Part shown: positions 53,701 to 64,000 of the stretch, one piece after another
Position numbering within the stretch: position 1 is the stretch's first letter
Layout of the letters: each line of letters opens with the position of its first letter
NCBI RefSeq assembly: GCF_006345805.1
Contig: NC_043017.1
Coordinates: forward strand, 1,302,001 to 1,366,000
DNA: 64,000 nt
Source of the DNA: Octopus sinensis
Taxonomy: Eukaryota
Reading direction: 5' to 3'
Notes under the pieces: generated by a model
Databases searched by the model: none
Seen by the model: only the letters and a program-made list of their open reading frames with translations
What the model was told of the DNA's origin: nothing
Made by a program: the position numbers and the translations under genes

Positions 53701-54914
53701 TTAAGAATGAGCTAAACAGAAACAAAATGTTTGGTTTCCAATTTGCTTTTAGGCGTTACCACTGTTTTCGGCACATTTTGCTCCAGTAGTTTTTATTTTC
53801 TCTTTATTTATATATATAATTCGTATCTTCGAATTCCTCTAGTGGAGATCTAACAGAAAAGTTGAATTTAAATATAGTTTTCTTTTGAAATAAGAATAAT
53901 ATTTGGAGTCTAAATGGATTTCAGGCGTAAATCTTTTTATGCCGGTTTTTACCTCACTACATTTTTTCTAGTGAATATTTTTGCATACAAATATCATGGA
54001 TAGATTCCTCTCGCCGAGATGTATCATTTGAGTTGAAATAAAATATAGATTTGTTAAAGAAAAAATATTTGAACTCAAAGTCGATTTCAGGCGTTTCTCT
54101 CCTGGTTTTTTTTACCTCACATATGTTACTGACACATTTTTTCTACCGACGCAATTTTGAAATGTTGAGGCTGAAAATATAGCTTAGGATGTGCCCAACC
54201 TAAAAATGTAAACATCATTTAATTTGGTTAAAAACCGAGTGAGTGACAAAGCCTGGAACTGGTCACGAGGGAGTAAATGTTGACCTTAAGGAGTACTGTG
54301 ATAAGTGTGTGAATCTGAGAGGGGAATATGTTGAATAAAATCATAATTAACTGATCCTCCTGTATTTTCTTTTACCCAAAGACAGGAATTTATCAGTGCC
54401 CCCTTTTAGACCTGTATTTGTGCCTGTGTGCGTATTAGTGTGTGTGCGCGCGTGTGTGTGTGTGTGTGCAAATATATATATTCATGAATACACGTGCATA
54501 CATACGCGCGCTTACGATTACGCACACACAAACATATATATCTTATGTTTAATACACATCTTAAGATTCTGAAGGAAAATATGACCCTGAAAGATAAACA
54601 TGAATCTGACGTTCTGCAACTGACAGTCGACACAGTTTGGTCAGCGTGTGGTAGATTAAAAATTTCGATTGGTTCCCTTTGTCTGTGAAGACGTTGGAAT
54701 GAAGAAATGATTTTTCTTGACACACATTGACGACGTTTTCAATAACCTCATATTGCATACAGCCACATCAAATCATGGCAACTATTTTAGTCATATTAAA
54801 TAAGCGACGAAGCAAGAATTTGTATTAATGCGTATTCGTAGGTCAGTCTCTCCAATTTTAATGCATTCTCTCTATCATCTACTTTGAGAGGTGGGGTAAC
54901 TCTCAAAAACCTTG

Positions 54915-55075
54915 AACTCCTGTATTATACTGGCGTTTTATTAATCAACCGCCAAAGGATGGAGGACAAAGTTGACATTGGTGGGATATAAAATAAGACA
55001 ATAGGGCCTGAACAAATGCTATAAAGACTTTGCACCTCCGCTCCAGATTTCTGGCCACACCCTACCTCTCCATTT
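54915..55075 (-). mobile_element. Degenerate Meta-type SINE
   Basis: aaaggatggaggacaaagttgac is the reverse complement of the decayed central domain. Confidence 0.6.
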
Positions 55076-56929
55076 TTATCATTTCTTTTTAAATAATGCG
55101 ACGAGCTGGAAGAATCCATCCTTTTGTTCTGAATTCAAATTCAGGTAAGATCGACTTGCCATTAAGAATGAATGCGTCTGGTAGAAACTTCCATATCTTA
55201 AAGATCAACGAATATATGCCAGAAAAATATGGACCATGTAAAATTTGTTTGCGTAGAGCCAACATATCTGATTAGAAGAAGGGTTTAGTTATAACAGCCT
55301 TGACGACAATTCAAAATCAAACAAGAAATAGGTGAGTAATTCTTTCCCTCAAGTATACACTACTCCTGATAAAAAACGAGGGTGTTTCTCTCGCCATGCC
55401 GAGGGAGTTGTCCAGAAAAATAAACACAGCCCAGAGTTGAGAAAAAGAGGTCAATTGCTTATGCACCATAGTGAAAGAGGAGCTTAAATTAATGCACAAC
55501 TCTTTCTAGGGTTGACAATATAAGTACTTGTCAAGCATAACCTACGATATTGATCCTAGATTGCTTTTAATTTCGTAAAATTTGACACCGAATTCGAAAA
55601 TTATATTTGCTTTTCTCATTTGTCATACCGATTTTTGTATTAATTGTTAATCCTTATTTGTCATCTCTGCCTCATTCTTTATCATTTAGCAATATCGTGT
55701 ATTTTATGTTTATAATGTTTATAAAAAAATACAAATGTAATCCTGTTGTATTCAATTTTTATTTAGAACAGGACACGCCATATACATCGTATCAAAAGCA
55801 GTCTATTGAACGGAACGTATAACAGGAAACAAAACTTAAAACGCCAAGTTATACAACTACTTAAGCATGCACAAGGAAAACGAAAAGAAAAAGGAAATAT
55901 TAAAAAGCCAAGCGAAAGTTTATCAGAAAAAATATATAAACTCATAATAACGTAATTCAAATACAAAGGTAAAAAATATAGCAGTTACACTTGACGTTAT
56001 TTATTTCTTTTTTTACAGAAGCAGATTTAAGACTAAATAGAAAAGATAATTACAGAAAATGTTAACGGAAATTGAGCTTTTAAAGGGTATTTTACAATCG
56101 TACGAATAACAAACATGCTTCAATGAACTTTCAGCTGTATTTTTCTGAAGATGATTCGTTAAAAATAAATGTAGCAGAGATGGAAGATTGTTTACACTGA
56201 AATTCAAGATATGAAATGCCACCAGAATGTGTGTATATATATATATATATATAGCAGCTGTTGAATTTATAAATGGTCTATGACTATTTAATTTTTTCCC
56301 ACTAGGCCGCTGGTGGCAAAAGAATTCTACGAAATTTTTTGCCACCCTATATTGATTAATTATATATATATATATATATGCATACATACATACATTTTAC
56401 AAAGCAACTTTGAAAGAGTTAAATATGATGATATTTTATAGAAAGGAAAGTAAATTTCGAACGGAGTAAAGCTGGAAGACAGCAGAGAGTTATCGGTTAC
56501 TTACCCTTAGCAGCAGGCGGCTACCTACGGATAGTCGAATTCGTAGCCATCAGATATCGGCTGAGTTCTCTCTCTCTCTCGCTCGCTATATATATATATA
56601 TTAGCTGGTGTACCTATTAATTTCTGGGGATAACGATGTTCATTTCTCAGGCATCTGGGAAATGTATAACTGCTGTCATTCACAGAAAAAACTATTGTTT
56701 TACCGTGAGAAAAGCGCTTTTGAAGTGTTAAGAGAAATTTGGCAATGGAGGATCGAATCCACGTTATGCCTGCATGAAGCCACTACAAATACGTTATGGA
56801 ATAAAAAAATATCTATTCTCATGGACAAAGTGTAACTGTAAAAATGCAGAATTGTCGAAGTAATTGGCATTCAGAATAGTATGTATATATAGAAATGTAT
56901 GAATGAAGTGCAATAATAACGTTTAGCAG

Positions 56930-57100
56930 TTCAAAACTGTGAGTAGTGAAATGCAGAATTAGGTCGGCTGATTGTGAGAATCAAATATTTGCCCTCATCT
57001 TGTTTGTTGTTAATACGTTTCGGCTGATACACCCTCGGACCTACATCAGGTGCTTTGGGGAAATTTCGGACCTGGTTTCTCATTCCTAAAGTATTTTTCG
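56930..57100 (-). mobile_element. Short repeat with degenerate hammerhead-like motif (family D)
   Basis: Minus strand CAC-CTGATGT-A-GGTCC...CAGCC-GAAACGTA at ~57010-57053. Confidence 0.5.
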
Positions 57101-57458
57101 ATGTTATTACTATTATTATTATCATTGAGGCCATTGCTTGTAATCGAACTTGGAATCTTGGGGTTAGTAGCCTGCGCACTTATCCATTATTCCATATGCC
57201 CTTAAGGAGTGGATTTTAGGGTTTATAAATCTAATATTTTCCTATCATTCCTTAATACCGGTTCCCATATGTTACTCATATCTGCACTCGGTCTACTTAG
57301 GAGGTTGTTGTGCCTTAGCATATGTGATGCTTCTTTTAGTTTTCGTATTTTCTAGTGGTGGTCTCTGACCATTATTTTAACTTCATCCCACAGGTGGAGG
57401 TGGTCTGTAGGTAAGTTGATAGGTAGGTAGGCAGGTAGCTTGATAGATAGATAAATGG

Positions 57459-57495
<37 letters not shown>

Positions 57496-57504
57496 ATAAA
57501 TGTG

Positions 57505-57526
57505 TGTGTAGATAGATAGATAGATG

Positions 57527-57625
<99 letters not shown>
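57505..57625. repeat. (GATA)n microsatellite
   Basis: Direct reading. Confidence 0.95.
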
Positions 57626-58061
57626 CCCTGGTTAATATGTCTCTCCCATCAGTCTTACAATCCTACTAATCAACTACCATTTTACACTGGACTTACCACT
57701 TATTCACTCATCTAAAATATTCAGAAACACTCTTTTTTTCTTTAGCGTCTCTCGATTGTTTCCTTCCATTGTGATAAAGAAGATAAGTGGAAACTTAAGG
57801 ATGTCTTTTCTTTCTTTTTCCGGCCTATTTACTTTTATTGTACATATTCATTGATTGCTGAATTTTCTTTTCTCGTTACATATTTTCACCATAATGTCTT
57901 CAATCTTTGACTTAATGCATTACTTCTTGTCTACATCTTGCTTCGTAATATTATCTTAGTTCGGAGAATCTTTTTGTTATCTGATATATATATGTGTGTG
58001 TGTGCATATACGTATGCATCGTATATGATTACATGTGCAGTCGCTTATATTTTCCAATACG

Positions 58062-58092
<31 letters not shown>

Positions 58093-59214
58093 TATATATA
58101 TGTGCATGTGTGTCTGATTACGTACCTGTGCGTTCGCTTGTTAGGCATATGTGCGTCTTGAAACCAATTCCGAGTTTATATTGTGATATATTTTCACTTA
58201 TTGAACTATCTATCTAATTCCTTGAGCAAGGCTTATAAATATACTGGCGCAGTACGATTCATAATATTAAGATAGATGAGAAATCTTTGTCAACACATTA
58301 TCCGAGAATTATCTATGCCATCGCAGACAGAGAAGATTCCGTTTATTAAACAGAATTGCCTTCGCGAACAACTGAAGATTTATAGTGTTCTAAAAGACAT
58401 GCAGTTGATAATATCGATTAATCGTTCAGCTAAGATTTACCATGATTTGTTTTTAAGAACCAACGTAATGCAGTTTGTTGTTATCGAAGCTAAGATATAT
58501 ATATTTCATTTTGAAACATTGCACCAGGAATATTTCGAAGGAAAGAAAGAATGAAATGTACTCGACAACCATTTGTTGTTCATCTATTTTGTCATAGTTG
58601 AATCGATGGTCTTTCGTTTATCGTTTTAATGCAGCTAAATTTATGATGTCGTTGTGCACTCGATAAAAACATTGTGATATGGAGTTCTACAGATGGCTTT
58701 CTGAAATATTAATCTTAATTTTATTTAATGTATAACAATGATAGTAATTGAATTGAAGTTCAGGATTAATCTTCATATATAGGAGAAAATAGATAGTTTT
58801 TAAAACAATATTAGAAGTAATAATTCCAGGCAACTCGAAGACATTGTGTAGTAGAGATACATTATTAATATTATTTATATTATTCGTACAGACAAGTGTC
58901 TGATAAATAAATATTTTATAGAATGCGTGTTAAATACGTCACTGGTGTGGTGTTTTATTTGTTTTAGAATAGGCTCTCTCTCTCTCACAGACAACGATTG
59001 CATATTTAAGTTTAACCATGAGTAATGTTTACTTAGAGGAAAACAAAGATGTATTTTAGTGCATTAAATTTTGTTTCTTTCTTTCTCAATGATAGCAGAA
59101 TTATATTAGAGAGATATAATACATTATCTTCCATTCCATATAAAGCTGTTTTTAAAGCGCATTCTACATCTATTATTATTCTTTTTAATTTTGTGTTAAG
59201 GTGAACGAATTTGA

Positions 59215-59345
59215 GCAGAGTAACTAGTCGCTTTCATTGTTGGAAGCCCAAAATGATGGAAGACAAAGTGGACCTCGGCGGTATTTGGACCAAAAACAGC
59301 TGGAAGAAATGCCACGACGCGTTTCCTCTGATTTGCCGAGAGTTG
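59215..59345 (-). mobile_element. Degenerate Meta-type SINE
   Basis: atgatggaagacaaagtggacctcggcgg is the reverse complement of the central domain. Confidence 0.65.
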
Positions 59346-60324
59346 CTTTGGAAGGAAATAAAGAAATGCGACATCAGTGATGCATTAAACAGGAATTCTG
59401 ATATCTCGATGCTTTTACCTACAGACATTATTCTATCAACATTTTAAAGAAGCTTAATTGTTGTGCGTATGATTTACTCAAGTGCGGTGGCTTCTTTATG
59501 CAGGGACAAACTTTGTAAATAACCGTCAGTGTGGAAGGGTATAAAGAATACATTATTCATATATGTTCTCTCCCAAGACTGCTTTCCCTGCTAAATAAAC
59601 ATTGTTCAAATGATGACTATGTACCATATTTTCTTAACGTCCAAAAATTTTGTAAATATTAAAATAGATGTGCAAAATTCCAGCTAGTATATAATTTTAT
59701 CCAAAACACAAAGGTGGATTTCCTAGATCTAGAAGTTTATCAAGAGTTATAATTCGAAGAATCAGATTATTAATTAAATACTAAAATTAACAACGTAAAA
59801 TAGGTATCGCAGTAAGCAAAAATATGTGATTCGAATCATGCTTGTGAGTATCTTACAGTTCATTGTTTCAAATTACTACTTATAATATCTAAAATCATTT
59901 CGCGCTGAAAATTATTAACAATTTCAGCAGCAGTATTGGATTTTCAAATTCAATATTGGATTTATAAATGTAATATTGAACATTCAAATATAATAAATTT
60001 TTTTATTAAAAAATATTACTGCATTTTCATTTACTTCTCTGTTGCTTCTCTGTTGTCACCAGAATTCTTCTATGTTTATTTTTTTCACTTAATAAAACGC
60101 GTTCGATGCCCAGACAGATTTCTTCTCTATTGAGCTAAGCTACGCACTAAATTATATCCCTTTTCTTCTTGGCGCTAACCGTTCATTTTCTCCTTCGATC
60201 TTCTGTCGTTTTCTTATTCCTCAGTTATAGGCACGTAACTCAGTTATACACGCATTCTGTTATCTTGCAGATATAACCATTCTTTTATATATGCATGTTA
60301 TGTATATTTAAAAAAACATTATCT

Positions 60325-60440
60325 ACTCTGGTGTCACTCAATGGTCATGAGATTGTGGGTTCGATTTCCAGACCGGATGTGCGTTGGTTCTAGAGAAAAA
60401 GCATTTCATTTCCTGCTACCCCAGTCCGCTCCGCTGTAAA
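60325..60440 (+). mobile_element. Degenerate CORE-type SINE head
   Basis: gtgggttcgatttccagaccgg B-box followed by a CORE-like segment. Confidence 0.55.
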
Positions 60441-60986
60441 TTGTTAGCCCTTCTACGAAGTAGTCATATTAGAATTTGTGTTTGCAGCATCTTAAATAAC
60501 GTAAGCGTAATACACGAGAGACGCATCTACACACCAGCAAACATAATTTATAGAACCTGCATGTATATATATCAAGCTAACAAAAACGTCGAATTTTTAA
60601 TTTATTTCGTCAGTGTATTTACTGTGGTGATGTTTTAACCGTATTGCACGGGGAGTCACAAGGCAGGCAATTTAAACTGGTCGTGTTGCATACGTGCATA
60701 TATATGTATATATACGTTCGTATATGTAAGTATTCGTATGCTATATGTATATATATGTGTGTGTGTATTTATGTTACTTTCTGCATATATTCCACTGATG
60801 AGGCAAATCATCCCTTAATACAAATCAGGGATCTGGAATTATCCAGTAATTTTTTGCTAGTTTATTTTGTCCTTTTGTCTTCTCTCCTTGTGCTGTATGG
60901 TTTAACCATTTAATGTGGTTTTAGAGTGAGATTTTGGCTGCTTTTTTCAGCATGGCGGTATTTCGTAGATACCCTAATTATAATTT

Positions 60987-61018
<32 letters not shown>

Positions 61019-61020
61019 AT

Positions 61021-61051
<31 letters not shown>

Positions 61052-61675
61052 CGAATGGCAGCGGCAGATGTTCCGTCAGCCATATTCACTGAAACATTCA
61101 CTGTTGGTCCGAAGCTATAGTAGAAGAGACCCAAAGAGCTAACAGTGGAAATAAAACGAAAACGAAAATCACGTGACTACCTAACGATCTATAAACCATA
61201 GAGCTATACTCACACACACACAAACCATCGTAAGAACACATTCGCGCTTACGCTTAACATGCCAATATTTATAGCAATCATCTGACACCTGCGTATTTGA
61301 TGCCATCTTAAACAATTTAATACTTCCCACATTCACGTGAACAGAAATCACGTAATTTTTGCAAATGTCTTTAAGAAAGAGGAGACCATTTTCCATCGCC
61401 TGTTATTTGATGAAAGTCTGTCTGACATGTTTAAACATCCACGTTTTGTGTGCATTCATTACACTTTTGAAGACTCTCAATGTTTCGTACTGTCACATGT
61501 TTAGCTATCTGCTTCAACGAACATCCGGTTTACGTCATTCGTTTCCAATTCAAATATGGTGACATAAAGGGAAAAGAGGGAAGAAGACACAAAAACAAAT
61601 TAGAAGACAATGATGAAGAGGATAACAATGGAAACAATATATATATATATATAGATATATATATATATATATATA

Positions 61676-61870
61676 ACGGGAAGCTTTATGAAAATAAACA
61701 AAAGACGAAGGCAGGTGGAAAACAAACGAACAATTGTATTAGTATGGCGCTCAGGAAATATAAATAAAACAAGTCTTTACGTTTCGAGCCTACGCTCTTC
61801 AACAGAAAGATACACAGAGAGAGAAAAACACAGAAAGAAGGAGAGAAAAAAAATGCGTGCAGTAGCTAAC
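61676..61870 (-). mobile_element. Short dispersed repeat with hammerhead-like motif (family A)
   Basis: Minus strand TCTTT-CTGTTGA-A-GAGC-GTAG-GCTC-GAAACGTA-AAGAC at 61773-61811. Confidence 0.78.
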
Positions 61871-61878
61871 GAATCAAC

Positions 61879-61915
<37 letters not shown>

Positions 61916-61961
61916 AATATATATATATATAATATATTATATATATATATATATATTATAT

Positions 61962-62000
<39 letters not shown>

Positions 62001-62577
62001 AGTTCAAATTAAAACGAACTGAAACGTTGAGATGGATAGACGTGACGGGTAAAAAAAAGGGGTGCCGAGAGACCCTACGACTTCTTCAGCTGTGTCAGGA
62101 AAAGTCGTCCGCTACAAAGACGCGCACGCACACACTCACGTACTTAGAAATACAAATGAATAAATATGTGTGTGCTTATGTGCATGTGTGTATGCGTGTG
62201 TATCTGTGTATGCATTCATGTGTATGTGTGTGTTAGAGTGGACTCGTAAACAATGAGCGAGTGAATATGTCTATGAGAGTGTGATCTTCATGCAGTGTAC
62301 GGCGATGTGTGATCAGGGAATACGCAGCGGGTATGTCCATGTTTACATGTTTACCACTTGTACATGTACGTTTGTATCCATTGTATATGTGAATCCTAAC
62401 ATGTGTGCATGCATACATATGTATATACATATATGTATGCATTTGTATATATGTATGTATGTTGGACAGAGAAGTATATATGTATATATAAATATCGATA
62501 AAGATACATGAGAATATGTATATATAAATACACATTTATAAATATCTGTGTATGTGTATACATACACACACACACAC

Positions 62578-62640
<63 letters not shown>

Positions 62641-63580
62641 CATATATATATATACATATATATGTCTTTGTGTATACGCATATATACATATATACATATA
62701 TATAACCTGTATGCACACAAAACGTTTGTGTGTTTCTGTTTTCTGTATGCACGTATACATACATCAACACACACATCCAGACACACACACGCGCACACAC
62801 ATACTTTTATCATTTTTTTTATAAACACACATGTGCATGACTGTATGATTATTGATGCATGCGTGTGCATGTGTGTATATGTGTTTATATGTGAATGTAT
62901 GAGAGTGTATGTGCGTAGATATTGAATAAAATCTAAGCTAGGTTATTCTGTTATTCTTAAGATGTTGAGATATTTAATATCTTCAAAAGAAACGATAATG
63001 AACAAAAGGATATCATAGCCATATTGTGAAGATATTGTGTATTTCCTGCCGGAAAATTAATGCTTTTGTTATCAAAGAAATGGCAGACGATTTCAGAAAA
63101 TACATAAAATTACGATATATATACGTCTCATAGTGAAGACAAAAAAAGGTTTCCTTTATTATAACATGTGTAATATATGTATGTATGTTTATGTGTATAT
63201 GCATAGTGTTTATATTTGCGTGTATATATGGATGAATATGTGTGTGTATATGTATACATATACATACATATACATATATTTATATATACATGTATGCAAT
63301 TATGTAACTATGCATTGTGTATATACATTTCTGTAAGTGTGTGTGTAAATATATGTATATACGTATGTGTAGTCGCATGTGTGTCAATCTATGCATATAT
63401 TCGTGTATTGTAATTTCTGTTCGACAATAATATCTACTAAAGTATGTGCAGACATATGTACGACTGGCATGTACAATATGCATGTCTTTTTCAGGGTGTA
63501 TGTGCGTGTGTATATGCATATGTAGATATGTATATATATATGAACATATATTTACATGTATCTACACACACACACACACG

Positions 63581-63616
<36 letters not shown>

Positions 63617-63804
63617 CACTAACACACACACATACTGACACACATATATATTTATAAATATATATGTAAGCACACACATAGGCATATCTCTCTCTCTCTA
63701 TATATATATATATATGTGTGTGTGTGTATGTATTATATATATATATATATATTTATAGATGTATTATATATATACATATATATATTTAGACATATATATA
63801 CATG

Positions 63805-63845
<41 letters not shown>

Positions 63846-64000
63846 ATTATCTATATATATACATCATTAACATGCGTAGTAGACATACAACCCGGGCTAA
63901 CCTGGCTACTTCTCCGTACAATGAAAGCATGACGAACAAATGAGCAAATCCTGCTGCTGCAGTGAAGTGGTGTTACTAATTTGCGTAGAGTAAGAGTTTA

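Noticed and set aside
55275-55337. Strong + donor TAG|GTGAGT at 55331
   Set aside because: The best upstream acceptor gives stops in all frames; cannot support a coding exon.
56298-56346. GGTGGCAAAA/TTTTGCCACC inverted repeat and a CTCF-like string
   Set aside because: Only a 10-13-bp stem, and the CTCF match needs an indel; no terminator meaning in a eukaryote.
58276-58554. 92-aa + ORF in unique AT-rich DNA
   Set aside because: No recognisable motif or splice context; within chance expectation.

Overview
Very AT-rich, repeat-dominated eukaryotic DNA. The SINE families, (TA)n/(TAGA)n/(AAT)n microsatellite load and LINE types point to an octopus-like (coleoid cephalopod) genome; this is inferred from remembered repeat consensus motifs, not from a search. 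No host protein-coding gene can be identified with confidence. Almost all ORFs in the supplied track are microsatellite translations (YI, CV, N, I, ER runs). Well-supported contents: a 5'-truncated CR1-group LINE (16116-17520) inserted in a (TA)n-TGTAGACA satellite, R4/Dong-type reverse transcriptase fragments, a Tc1 transposase 3' end, many tRNA-derived SINE copies of at least three families, one damaged tRNA-Val, and several compound satellites. The most notable signal is a set of hammerhead-ribozyme motifs in short dispersed repeats that sit next to (TA)n tracts. Two have an intact catalytic core (13810-13866 +, inside a 130-bp palindrome; 47979-48022 -), both with an unusual U.U pair opening stem II. 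At least six variant or degenerate copies occur elsewhere. A few isolated candidate exons and a possible decayed 1.5-kb ORF (1800-3360) are listed at low confidence.
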